Shown here: piece after piece, positions 37,001 to 51,069 of the stretch | Position numbering within the stretch: the first letter of the stretch is position 1 | Layout: each line of letters starts with the position of its first letter | DNA from: Lama glama | Taxonomy: Eukaryota | NCBI GenBank assembly: GCA_028534125.1 | Contig: CM052820.1 | Location: 1,674,001-1,738,000, forward strand | Length of the DNA: 64,000 nucleotides | Direction of reading: 5' to 3' | Notes under the pieces: model-generated | Seen by the model: only the letters and a program-made list of their open reading frames with translations | Database searches by the model: none | Told to the model about the DNA's origin: nothing | Program-made: the position numbers and the translations under genes

Positions 37001-40000
37001 CAGGGTGCGACCCAGAGGCTCCCCGCGGCCTGCCCTGTCCTGGGGCTGCTGCCGCCGAGGCCCTTTGTCCTGGCTGCGCACGGCACGTTTCTGCTCGCTC
37101 CTCAGTGTGGCTTTCTAAGCGGGGCCTACGTGCTTGGGACGCAGCCTCGGAAGCGAAGGGCATGTGCAGCTTGGCCCACAGGGGAGCAGCCCCGTTCCCC
37201 GTGGAGGGGCCGCGTGGGGTGCTCGACCCCCGTGAAGGAGTGCTCATGAGGCAGGCTCTTCAGTATGTGTGACGTCCTCCCCTCAGGCCCCCAAAACACA
37301 TCCATGTCCTCTGAGCTGGGAGGGGTATTCACGGAGCCCAGGCCCCGCACCCCAAGTCATGGAGCGGGTCTCAGGAGGGGCAGGGTGGTCTAAGCTGGCT
37401 GGCTCCCAAGAAGGGGCCCAGGGCTCCCAGAGGACAGGGGGCACTGGGGGAGCCCAGAGGAAGAGGCTTGGATCCCACAGAAATGTCGAGAAATGAGACA
37501 GCGCCAGCGGGGGGCCCAGGGGAGAGGGTCCAGCCCAAGGCCAGGCAGAACTTTTTGGAAAGGAGTCTTCAAGGACCAGGACAGTGTGGACGGGCAGAGG
37601 GTCAGCAGCCTCGGAGGGAGGAGCTGAACGGGGCCAAGTGCGGAGTCTGCAGCAAGGCGTGGGGGCTGAGCGCCAGGTCCCTCCAGGACCCTCCAGCAGA
37701 CGCGGCTCCTTCCAGGGTGGAGCCTGGTGCATGGAATGTTCTCCCCTCCCAGAGAGGCTGCCCATGGGTCCCATGATGGCACTGGCACTGCCGCCCACAG
37801 GCCGGTAACCCCCTCAACCATCGCTGGGTGTCCAGAGTCAGAGGGGGGTCCCCGAGTGCACTGTGCAGCCTCACGGCCCACCCACCTTTTCCTTTGCAAC
37901 TGGGAGGGCCTGCCCAGCCCACCCTGGTGCTCCATGTCCATCCTCAAAGGGCCAGTGTCCGTCAGCCCACCAAGATCAGCACCCCGACTCCCGGACTCGA
38001 GAAGCAGAGGGTAGGGACGCAGAGATGGGAGGACCCTTACCCTGCCCGGGGCGGAGGCAGGGCGTCCGCCTCCAGGAGGTGGGTGAGGTTTAAGATAGGC
38101 GATGAGATGAGAGACGCCAGGGCACGGGTTCCTGGGGAAGAGTAAGCGCTGGGTGAGCAGGAGGTGGCTTTCCCGCCTGCTGAGCCACGACCTTCGCCTC
38201 ATGGGACCCTCTGCAGCTCATCCAGCATTACCGTCCGTTGAAGCCCCCTCTACTGTTTGTGGTTTCTTTGTTGAAATGTTTTCCCATCGTCTCAGACCCA
38301 CTCCTCCCCACAGGCGGCCGTGTGAGCGTAGTTGGTGTTTAGTTTGCAGCCGAGTGTGTTGCTGCAGAACGTGTACTGTGAGCGTGTGTCTGATTCATGT
38401 CCATTCTGTTTCCTTTTTTTTTTCCAAGCTTTGTGCTTTAAAATCAGTTCTTGTGGCTACGAGGACACTTACTCAGATCCCTTCTTCCACTTGAGACTGG
38501 GTTTTAAACTTCCGGTGGTGGTACTAACCGGGAGAGGTCATGATCATCAGTGGCTGCATTCCAGATGCAGTGATGGGTGGTGACTGTCTCAGACGTTGGC
38601 CACATTGCCCTAATTGGGTGTTCGAACGTGTACCGTGGGATCTCCCTTCCTCTTTTAATTGAATCCACGCGTTTCTAAATCAGGTGCAAAAACGCCTGGG
38701 TAGGTGGTGTGGTGGGTGTTGCCGCGTAGCCGGGCTGAGGTGGGCTGCAGACACCGGAGGGGCTGGTCTGTCCCCACCTTGGATGTTCCTGGAAGTCAGG
38801 GTTCGTCTTCTGATGGCAGGGACCTGGGAGAGGAGCCTGGCTTGGCGGCCTAGGAGGGCGGGGCCAGGGCTCAGCGGGAGGGTCGCGGGACCCCTTTGCT
38901 CCTAGAACAGCCCGAGGAGCAGTAGCTGCTCCAGAGGAAAGCCAGCACCCCCCAGCCCGTGGGGACTGGGGACGCGAGGCTGGTCCTTAATGCGTCAGGG
39001 CCCCTCTCTTGGCTTGAGCATTCTGTGACCCGGCCGAGGCAGTGGTGGCCCTGGAACGCGGAGGCCAGCACAGGAGGCGCTCAATGGGGCGGGTGGAGGC
39101 CGGGCGCGCAGACAGCACGCCGCCGGGCCCCCCGGGCTCTGGCCAGGTCGGGGTCTGAATGTGCATTACCCTACCTTTTTTTTTTTATTATTATTTTGGC
39201 CTTTGCTTGCTGGATGATGAGCAAATTCAAAATAGTCAGATGATCTATGGCGTTAACGCAAACACTACCGTCTGTAACTTCCAAAACCGAAGTCCAGTGT
39301 CTTAGCAGAGCCCTCTCGCTCGTATTTGCACACACACACACCGATCCACGTGAGTTCATTGTACGAACGCTTGAATTCTTGGAGAGAAAGCCCCCACGTC
39401 CCCAGCATCACGTTCCCACGTGTTGGAACAGTTGCTGATGTGACAGGAACTGTCATGAAGCCGTTCCGAGCCCTGTGGTCACCTCGAGCCACGCCCAGGT
39501 TTCAGGGACGGCCCCGTGGAGGAGAGACGTGTGCTGCTCTCCGTGACTCAGTCGCTAAACAGGCCGTGAGGAGAATGTGTCACAAGACAGCAGGAGGCCT
39601 GGCACCTGCACCCCCTCTCCTGCCCCCGTCCTGCCCCCTAGGCCATCCTGCCCTCCGGTCGGCTCCCTGAGGGGCACCCCCCCCGCAGGACCAGTGCAGG
39701 CCAAGCAGCCCCTCCCAGCAGCCGCTCTCCTTGGTCGTCACTTCCCTGCCTGCCTGGTCCCCCGCCCGCCTGCAGACCTGCTTACTCCCAGCTGTGGGCC
39801 AGCAGTCAGGGCACACGGAAGAGCCCAGCAGACGTGCCCTGGCCTCACAGGGTTAGGGGCTGGAGGCCACGTGGCTCTGTCGAGCAGCAGCTTAACTGAT
39901 GTTGAAAATGCGCAGGAACCAGAGTCAGAGCCACAGATCCAGGCGGGGCAGGGGACGACACGTGACCCGGAGCAGAGCCGGGCTGGGGTGCGCAGGGAGA

Positions 40001-41239
40001 AGCAGGCCCAGGTGGGACACACTGTCCAGGCACCTTGGGGGTGGCAGGGAGGGGCAGTCAGCTGTGCGTCGCTGCCCCGCACTGCGTGTGGGGGGCAGAG
40101 CTCACCTCTGAGAGCAACCGGAAGGCGCAGGGCCGGGCCTGGTCTAGAGTGTGGTCCAGGCCTGGAGCCGGGACAAGGTGGGCACAGACCTCCCCGGGAA
40201 TGCTGGACCCGTGAGCGCACCAGGTCTGTGACCGCGTCCTGCTTCCTTCCTGGGGCCCCAGGAGCGCGGCTCGCGAGTGTCCCCAGCGGAGCTGGTGCCC
40301 CGGGCCCGGCAGAGGGCGGTGGGAGCAGTGAGCCTTCCTGCGCTGGGCGTGGCTGTGCCCCTCCGGGGAAGTGGGGTGCAGAGCTGGGCTGTGGAATCTG
40401 CCATGAAAGGGCCAGGGGCCGCAGTGGGAGGGAGGCGTAAGGGCGGGCAGGAAGCAGCTTGGCTGAACGGGGAGGCTCTCTGGGCTGGGGGCGGCGGCCA
40501 GTTAGAGCCTGGGCTGCGCACTCTGCTGTGGGGAAGGCCCTCTGGTCCCTCAGGACAGGTGGGTTTTAGGCCAGTCCTCAGCCAGCACTGGGATCACACT
40601 GAGGAAGAAGACAGTCCCTGTCCTGGTGGGGGGGACAGGCCTGTGCCTCTTGGTCGGGGGCTGGCTTCTGCAGCGTGGGCCCCAGCAGGCCTTCCTGCGT
40701 GGCCAGCTGCAGGGCCATGTGGTCTCAGCTGTGCCCCACCGCGTGAACTTGGAACACCTGTAGGTGGGGAGGGGCTGCTGCCGTTAGTCACATTCCAGAA
40801 AGACCCCTCCATACGTGAAGGGCTCGCTCCGATGTTTAACCCCAGGCCCCTCCCTTGTTCACAGCTGGGGAGGGCGGCTGGGGCCAGTGTCGGGGGCAGG
40901 GGGGCGCTGAACGCTGCCTTTCAGGTTGGTCCACGCGAGGTGCAGGAGCGTGGGCTGGAGGCAGGAGCCCCCCGTGGGGTCTCCCTGCCCCTTAAGGAGT
41001 GGGCCATTGCCATGGAGAATCACGGTCCTATGCGAGGGCTGGACCCACAGATGCTGCGCTGGCAGCAGCCCACAGTGAGGCAGTGGTGCCTCCGAGCCCT
41101 TTGCCCCTCGGCGCTCTGGCACCCGGGGTGTCTTGCACGAGCCCCAGAGTGCCTGTGGGCCCCACCAGCACCATGCTCCCTGCAGGCCGCGCGCCCAGTG
41201 ACCCTGCCCGCCCGACCTTGGCTCTCTTTCTCCCCGCAG

Positions 41240-41286
41240 GCTCCCTAACGTCGGTGTTTGTCAGGCTGCCCTGTGGTGGTGTCGGG
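41240..41286 (+). CDS. HDAC4: HDAC4 exon 17 (47 bp): GSLTSVFVRLPCGGVG
   Basis: ccgcag| acceptor and GGG|gtaagt donor. The LPCGG Cys is the fourth structural zinc ligand. Confidence 0.95.
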
Positions 41287-44200
41287 GTAAGTTTTTCTTT
41301 AATGTGTAAATCACGTCCTGGTGGTTCCAGGGTCCCAGTGGTCACAGAATCGCAGCCCTGCTTTCTGCAGAGCAGGTCATTACTGCCAGGTGTTTTCCAT
41401 AAACAGGGTCTGGGGGTGGGGCTGCCCCACCGCTCACACATGTGGCTTCAAAGGCCCTGTGAGCCTGTAAGCGTTTTGCTGGCGGGTCTGGGGCACCTTC
41501 CTCCGGGAAGGTCGTCTGGCACCACGGCTCGCTTTGGGAAACGGGATCTGGTGTGCGGGCCGTCCCCGTCCGACCCGCAGAGCCGTAGTCCACTCACCTC
41601 GACGCAGGTCGTGAATCCATCACCAAGCAGGGTGTGTGTTGATCTCAGATCTGACCTCCAACCCGAAGCCCCAGGTGCAGCTCTGACCGCGGGGCACGGT
41701 GTTCCTGGGCCACGTGGGGTGGGCAGAGCTGCTTCAGAGCCGGAGCTCTCAAGCAGACCTGGGCAGGTGGACACTTAGGAGAACCAGCCTCTTTACTTAC
41801 CTCGGGCTTCCCTGCCCGTGATGGGGGTGCTGAACCAGTCGGGCCTCCCCCATCTCTGCAGCGGAGGTTCCCCACCTCCGGCTTCTCCTTTATCGAGAAG
41901 GGGCCACCCCCACCTGCCGTCCCCCGATGAGGTAGGGGTGGAGGCGAGACCAGTCCCCTCCCAGCCAGTCTCTGGCCATGGAGCTTCCCAGCCTGGGAAG
42001 TGCTGCTCCCGTCACAGGGAGGCCAGAGGACCGCGGGGACAACAAAGCCACCCCGGCCGGAACCGCGCAGCGACTGGTGTGCGCGTAATTACAGATCGCA
42101 GGGTGAGGCTCCGGGTCTGGATTCTGTTACAAAAATGAAACGAAATTGTTTTCTTCCTGAGTCCTTAGAAAAATCGCTGCTTTGAAAATTACCCTGTCAG
42201 AAAGAGAATAAACGGCGTTCACTCAAACCACCACCAAGCCTTCTCGAGTTACTCTATTTTGTGTTGTAAATAGGCTGCAATCTCTTAATTCGGGGCAAAT
42301 TTTTGGCCAGACTTGAAAAGGCTTGGATTCGCGCTGCCCTGCAGCAGCCTGCCGTGCAGGGCAGGATTTACAATTCGCAAATGAAAATTAAATGAGAACT
42401 CGGGCCTGGGGCCTTGGGCCCGCCGCCCCTCCCCGGCACGAAGTCCAGGTCCAGCCCAGTAGGCTGACCAGCGGCCACCTTCACATCTCGGCACAAAAAT
42501 GCCCTGGAGCACGGAGGTGCGCAGAGTTCCCCGAGTCCAGGTGGGCCGAGAGGCCAGCCCGTCGGAGTAATCAGCGGAAAGCGTGAACCGGAGGCTGTCT
42601 GAAAGGACTGTCCACCTGCCAGTGTTCTCTGTGATTACCCCTAATCGGGGGCGGAGACTCAACCCCAGTGCCAGCTCGGCCGCCCGGGCTCAGCGGGGAC
42701 TGAGCTGCTGGAGCAGTGCAGCCCTCCTGGGCCTCGGCGCCTCCTTCCGGAGCCAGAGGCCAGCCCTGGGGTGTCGGGCAGCGGGGGGGCCGCAGCGCCC
42801 GAGCGTGGGCGGGAAGGCGCAGGTCGAGTGGTGAGACGGGAGGGACAGCTGCTTCTCCCTTCCCGAGAACCACCTGAACGGACATTGGGGTGTGTGACGG
42901 CGTTCCAGGCGTTCTCCTTTCTTCCCCAAGCCCAGTAAGAGAAGCTTCTACTTTGCTCAGCTCCTCATTGATGCCAGTTTCCCCTTACTGAGGATTTGAT
43001 GTCGGTGAAGTGCCCTCCCAGCCCTCCCCTGGCCGGGTCCCTGCCCCGGGGGCGGCCCCTCACAGGCCCCGTGGCTTCCAAGGCCCACGGCATGCCCACA
43101 GTGTGGCCACCCCCGTGCGCCCCGTGAGCCTCCGTGAGGGGCCTCCCCTCACCGTCCGTCCTCGCCTGCCCCCGGCCTCCGCTGTGCGGAGCTGCGGGAC
43201 ACTTGCTCCTTCCTGTGGTCCCAGCTCCCGCATTGCGGGTCGCCCCAACTCTCCTTGGAGTTGGAGCCTCATACTTCGGGGACTCAGGGCTCCAACCCGA
43301 CCATCCCAGGTTGGTCCGTGGGGAGCTGGTGGCCAGCAGCCGGAGGACTTAGGCCCCAAAGCAGTGGAAAGTCTTGTCGGGTGTCTGGAGACAGTGGCAG
43401 CCCACAGTCTCGTGGCAGGGCTGGGGGTCTGTCCCTCACTCTGGGCGGGATGTCACAGGAACTCCTGGCCCTGGGGGTCCTGCAGGAGGAGCACTGAGCA
43501 CAGAGACCCTTCAAAGCACGTGAAGGGTCAGAGCAGCTCCCCTCTGGGCTCTGGTTATTTAGCCTCAAACCCAAATTACTGCATTTTGAGGAGAAATCAT
43601 CTGAGTAGTTTTGCCCAACGCCCTTCGGTCCCCAGGGGTGCGGCCTCCCCGCCGGCCCAGGCGCTATGGGACCCCCCGCCCGCCCGCACCGCCCGCACCG
43701 CCAGCTCTCGCTTGGACTTTTCTGAACTGGTTCTTCGGCTGCAGTAACTGGCCCAGCGTGTTCCCACGGGCCGGCCACGTCAGCGAGTAGCAGCGCGCTG
43801 TTACTTACAACAGAAGCCACTCTCTGAAGGTGACTATTAATGCTGTGGAGAGTGGGCGAAGCACAGAGTGTTCTTTGGACATTTGGAAACTATTTAAAGC
43901 AAATAGCGGTTTGGTCACTGAAAAGAAGAGCCCTGGCGCAGACGCTCCGCAGGAAGCGGCTTGAACCGCTCGTGAGTGTATTTTAGATCATCGGCTTTGA
44001 AGATGAAGCTTCAAGACTTCGTGGAAAGAAATCCGCCCGCCCCACGTGATGACTGGTGCCTGGCAGGTGGGCAGGGGCCTGTGCGCCTGGACGCGGCTGA
44101 GCCGGGAAAGGGGGCGCGGGCCCTCGCGTGCAGCTCCGCCTCCGTGTCGGAGCCCCACACGTGCAGTGCTCAGTCAAGAGGGCGACGCAGGAAGGGGCTC

Positions 44201-45079
44201 TCGCACGGGCCCGGCAGGCTCTGTCCCAGGTGAGCGAGCCGCCACTTGCTGCACGGCTTCTTAGAGCCTTCCCCAGGCTCGGGCATCCCCAAGAGGGGCG
44301 TGTGAGTCCCCAGTGTGTGGCCGAGGCACCAGCGCCCCACCCTGCCCTGGCCCTGACAGTGTGAGCGCCCTCGACATGGAGCCAGGGGCTCCTGCTTCTT
44401 GGTGGCCCCTGATCTCCGGCTCCCAGGACCCCCGGGAGCCCCGCTGCCCCCAGAACCAGCCACCGAGGTCTGTCTGTCCTCTTTCTCACCCATGTTAGCC
44501 AGAGTTTAAAGAAAGCAATCTGATGCGAATAAAGAAATAAACCAGGGCGCAGACAGAAACCGCCTGACCTGTTTGTGCCACGCGTGTTCTCTGTTTGAAG
44601 GGGAACAGCTGTCTGGGCGGACGGTGGTGTGTGGTCCACCAGGCCGTGTCCGAGAGAGCCCGCCTGAGTCTCCTCAGCGCCCCACGCGCCCGGCGCACGC
44701 TTGGGGCTTCCACTTACGTTCTGCATAAAACCAAGTTGCAATCTGGAGAGACCTCTGATTCTAATTCTTCTTCCAGTTGCTTTTGTGATTGTTGCTGTGA
44801 CTCCGCTGCAGTTGCAGCTAAACGGGGGGGGGGGGACTAGGCAGTCTCGACACCCTTGACGTCAGCACTCAGCACCCAGTGTGCTGGAGCAACTGAGAGA
44901 AGAAACGACGCCTCAGAAGGGGGTGAAAACCTGGGCTCGTTCCCTGGTACCTCCTCTAAAAAAGAAATAAATAAATAAACCTAATTACCTCCCCTCCACC
45001 AAAAAAAAAAAGAAAAAAAAAGAAGGGGATAAAAACACGTGCGTGCTATTTTTGGCGCGTTCACAGTTTTTCTGTTTAG

Positions 45080-45535
<456 letters not shown>

Positions 45536-45554
45536 TGAAAACATACATATTAGT

Positions 45555-45715
45555 GGAGCCATTCTCCATGAATTTGGTCCTGGGGACACTTTAATATCTT
45601 AAAAATTGTTGAACAACCTCAAAGTTTTTGTTTTTATGAGTAATGTCGTCAGCATTGATCATTCATGAGAAATTAAAACAGACTTTTCAAAGAGTTACTA
45701 ACTTAAAAATCATAA
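45555..45715. mobile_element. hAT/Charlie-type DNA transposon remnant
   Basis: 'ttggtcctggggacactttaatatcttaaaaattgttgaacaacctcaaag...agaaattaaaacaga' resembles a recalled Charlie-family terminal sequence. Confidence 0.5.
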
Positions 45716-47360
45716 GAATGCCTGGCTGAGGCGCTCAGCTGGACTCTGCTGTCCACGCCCACCTCTGGTTGCCCGGCTGAAGGACGTGAGGAACCTCTCG
45801 CCTCGCCCCCTGGCAGGACTGGGAGCGGGGCCATGTTGTAACAGCCTTCTCGGGTAATTGTGGACATTCAGCCTTGAGGCTACACCAGGATTCCACAAGG
45901 ATGGTTTCGGGAAGAAGAGTCGCCACGTGGAACCTAGAACAGTGGCAGCGAGCTCCTCCTTCTGCTGCGCGTTGAGCGGGTCTCTTCTCCGGGCCTGACG
46001 TTTGCAGCGTGGTGTGCTGGTCGCCGGGGCGTCGGGGCTCCCCGGCTGTGTGGGCCTTCCAAATCATGGCGCGGTTTATTGTACAGTATCCAAAACGTCA
46101 CTCATCTTTGAGGCTGTGAGTGTCACCAGCCCCGTCACCAGAAGGGTCTCCTCCGTGCCGGGAAGGGCTGGGCTGCTCCCAGGACGGGTCTCCCGAGTTC
46201 TCACCTCACCCAGAAGCTCAGGTCCCTGAGCTGACAGCCCCGCTGGTCATTTACCCGCCTACCCGTCTCTCCACCTGGATGCTACAAAGATGTGTGTCCA
46301 AGGCTGCAGGTTAACGACGTGGGCCAGTTTCCCTGCTCCATCAGGGCGCTCTCAGTGGGGCTACCTTTTCCCCTCAGATGGGCAGGCTCGTGCCTCATGC
46401 TGGCCACAGCCCCAGCGCCCCCACCATCGCGTTCACAGTGTCGGTGCAGCTGCCAGCTCGGCGGGAAAGGCACATCCAGCCTTGGGACTGCTTTGAAAAT
46501 TGGGACCCCCAGGGGTCTGCATCTGCGCTCTCAGAACCGAGGCACAGGGTCCTGTGTGGAAACAGGGTGATGTCTGTGCCACGTGGGGCTCCCTCTGAGT
46601 GCGCCTCTCACCCTGCCCCCCCGCGAACTGCACTCTGCAGCAGACTGAGCCCGCTTCCCGCAGCCCGGTCATCGCGGTCAGCCGGCCCTCGGGGCTCTGT
46701 TACCAACCTCGACCACACAGCTTCCTGTTGCCAGTGAGACCCGGGGATGCCGATCCAAACCACCCTTAGTAGAGTGGCTGCAGGATGGTTTGCAGATGGT
46801 TCTTTCAAAGCAGAGGCGGCTATGGGTCCTGGGGAGGCTGTGAGCTCCTCTCCAGCTGCCGAGCGCTTTCTTCTAAATGTCAGTGCTTGTTCTCCGCATT
46901 GCCCGGTCCCCTGGAAACTGAGCTGCAGCCACAGCAGAGATGCTTACGTTAGGGCCAAACCAGGGTGCGTCTGCGGCGGCCAAGCCCCTTTCTCTTCATC
47001 TGCATCCACGGTTCCTGCCAAGTTGCTCTCTGCGGATGCTGGTTATGGTCAGGGGACCCAGGGTGCCCCTTCCTCTCCCACCCAGATTCCCTGCCTTCCC
47101 GGCAGGCCGTCAAAGCTCGAAAGTCAGGGATGAGCTCACGGTTTATCTTAGTAACTTATGATCACCAAGAGGCCTCTAGGAGAAGGCAACGCTCACAGCC
47201 GCCCTGTGTCCTGTTCTGCGCCCATGTGCCGGGATGCAGCGGGAAACCGCGTTCTCACGCAGACTGCGAACATGCTCAAGTTCAGTCTGTGTCATTTTCT
47301 TACTGATCTGAAACCAGTCTTTCCTCCCTGTCTCTCCCCACCTTTCGGTGTCGTGTGCAG

Positions 47361-47416
47361 AACGGCTTTGCTGTGGTCCGCCCCCCCGGCCACCACGCAG
47401 AGGAGAACACACCCAT
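47361..47416 (+). CDS. HDAC4: HDAC4 exon 19 (56 bp): [18 protein letters not shown](M)
   Basis: gtgcag| acceptor and AT|gtaagt donor. The catalytic His-His pair is at 47391-47396. Confidence 0.96.
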
Positions 47417-49012
47417 GTAAGTAGACACAGGGTCGCTCACAGGGGCCCGGGGCGCCTGAGCCCTTCCTCAAAGGGCTGGGGCGCGCTCTGGGGAAGAGGG
47501 TGATGGGCCGCCCTTCGTCGGCCCCTTCTGTGACGTGTGCACGGCTAGGGTTCCCGAGACCCCGGTCCAGCAGGAAGTCGCCGAACATGCAGCTCCAGGG
47601 TGGGGTGATTGGTTTGGTGAAGAGGTGAAGGGAGGGGTGCACAGAATGAAGGCAGGCACCTGCAGGAGTTCGTGTGGAGAAATCTTCTCATTGTAAAGCC
47701 TCGGAGAGGAAGCCTCAGTTGTCCCGCAGCGAGTAGCGCTGCTTATGGTTTGGGACTGAGGCTGAAGTCCCAAGGTCAGGACCCACAGGATCAGCTCTCT
47801 GGACGCCCCTGACCGTGCACGTGCACGAGGTGCTGGCTGAGGCAGCAGTACGACGTGCAGGTTCTGGCGGAGGAGACCCAGCGCAGGGGCGGGCCCAACT
47901 GGGGCCAGGACGCAGGCTTGGTCGGCCGCCGTGGCCGAGTGGGCACAGGGAACACTCCAGGGAACGTGCTGTGAGCACCGGAGATGGAGAGCACGTGCTG
48001 GGGGAAGTCAGGGCGGGGACGTGGGGCTGCGCCGGGAAGGGCAGGCAGTGGTCTGTCAGGGGGCAGGGACGCTGGGACAAGCCGGTGGTGCAGGGGCGGA
48101 GCCGTGGGAGCAGGAAGCCGGGGTTTCCTCGGCCGCCTCAGATCCCACCTGCCAGCTGCAGGGCCGTGCTTCAGAGGCTCCCCTTGCCGTGGGGGACCAG
48201 CGGTGACGCCCAAGGGCAGTCTCCCCAGGAAACTGAGTAGCCGATTCCCCGGCCCCATCGGTCTGCGCCACCGAGGGGCGGGTGCTGATGGTCGCATTTC
48301 TCTGGAGTTACCTTTCTAACTAGAGTCTGAGTTGCTGGATGTTCTGTGTCGTGAGCACGGGTGGGTGGGGTGGGAGGCTGAGGAATGTCCCCCGGGGTCT
48401 CCCGGGGGTTTCAGAGGCCACAGCATTTACAGCCGTGGAGGCAGCACGGCCGGAGGGGTCGTGCGTGCTGGGCGCGAGGGCTTCCAGAAGGCTCGCCTGG
48501 ATCCCGAAGACGAAACCACCCCAGTGCCTGGCCCCAGTGGAAATTCAGGCAAAGGGACGTTTGGGCTTAGGGGAGTTCCACGTCCCTTGATGCACTTTCT
48601 CAGCTTGTTCCCTCGCTCTCTCGAGGACCCTCGAGAAGCATTATTGCACGTCCTAGAACATGGACAGTTAAGCAGTGAGCAAACAAAATAAGTGACTTCT
48701 GTGTTCTGTGGGCCAGCGTGTCTCGGGGGAGGCCAGTCAGTAAGTGTCCTGGGGGCCTGCTGAGAGTAACAGAGCGAAGTGGGCTCTGTCACCTTGGGAG
48801 CACTGGGTGCCTGCCTGCGGGGACTGCGTGTCTGTCTGCCTGTCTGTCGATTATAAGCGTCAGATAAGGTTTCCTAACTGCTTGATCAGGAAACGTGCAT
48901 TCACCAGACCTTCTTAGACCTCATGGGATTCTGGAATGTTCTATGGCAGGTTGTATAAAAACTAATCAAAACCCGTATCTTTTCCCCCATTTCTCCTGAT
49001 TTGTAACTGCAG

Positions 49013-49100
49013 GGGGTTCTGCTACTTCAACTCCGTGGCCATCGCAGCCAAGCTCCTCCAGCAAAGGCTGAATGTGACCAAGACCCTCGTCGTGGACTGG
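49013..49100 (+). CDS. HDAC4: HDAC4 exon 20 (88 bp): [29 protein letters not shown]
   Basis: ctgcag| acceptor and TGG|gtgagg donor; GFC motif. Confidence 0.96.
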
Positions 49101-49935
49101 GTGAGGGGCCGCTCCCGGGAAGGGGGCTGCTGGCATGACTGTATTCCCAGCAGACAGTCCGGTGCGGGGGGAGAGGCACCGGCCCTCCTGCCTCCCCTGC
49201 AGTTGGATTTCAGGACCTCAGCTTTCTGGAAACTACCCTGAAGATGCAGAAAATCAAAGCCCAGACCTTTTAGGAGACTGTCTTACAGCTCCACCCAGCC
49301 AATCCTGCCAATCACTGGTTTCTGAAATGTCGAGAGACAGGTCGTGGTTGAGGGCAGCAGCCGAAGGGAGGGGGTGGTCCTCGGCGAAGCCCAGCGGGAA
49401 GGCGGGGTAGGGCAGGTAGTGAGGCCTGACCTGCACGGTCTGAGGGCCTGGCCACCCTCTCCCTGGCTGCCCCCCATGCCTCTGCCCCCCAGGCAGTTTT
49501 GCTCCAAACGCCCGTCCTGCCCCTGCAGGGGGACCCGGTCTGTGCCGGCTTGACCTCCTCCCCATTTTCCTGTTGGAGGGGCCGCTCCTGACAGCCCCAC
49601 TGCCCCAGAGGGCTAACTCCGAAAAATGACTCGGAATAACCGAACCACAAAAGTGGGTGTACGGAGCCTCGTACTGGGGGGTGGTGTCCGAGGTGCTGAC
49701 TGCGCCTTTTTCAGCCGTATGCGGCAGGGCATGTGTTTTGGTGTTTGTGATATGTTTCATAAACTATTCAAGTTAAAGAAAGGCAGGTACATCAGGTGGG
49801 GTTACCTTTGATGCTGCAAAGTCCTTCTCGGTTTGTGAGAAAAAAACCAAAACACAGCCCAGGACACCCCCACGCTCCAGGCAGCAGGCGCTGGTGACAG
49901 AGGTTGAGGGGCCCTTAGAGGCTGAGGCCACATGA

Positions 49936-50367
<432 letters not shown>

Positions 50368-50844
50368 TGAGAGACTGGAGACCATCCTGTCTCTGGTCTG
50401 GGCAGACTACGTGTTTGTGAGCAGGTGAGCAGGGGTGCCCTCCATCCTCCAGGAAGGCTGCTTCATGCAGTTCAAACTGCATCTCAGGCTTTGCCTCTTG
50501 TCGCATCCCTTGGTGCTGGTCCAGACCTGCCCAGCGGGTACCGCAGGTGAGCCCAGAGCAGCAGGCTCCTCCACGACACCCCAGTGCCCCAGCAGAGCCC
50601 CCCACTCTGAACCAAGAGGCCTGATGTGGGGAACGCCACCCGTGGAAAAACTGTCAGCCGCTGGGTCTCATTCTCAGAAGGAGGTTGGGAAGGACAGCCT
50701 GTCTTGCTGACGTTTCTGGTTGCCCTCTGCCGGCACCCACAGCCCGGAGCTGCCCGCCCACACGCACGGCCGGGTCCCTGCCCTGCGCCCGGGCAGGCGG
50801 CTCCCCGCAGTGCCACATGTGCTCTGCAAACACGCTGTCATTGA

Positions 50845-51069
<225 letters not shown>

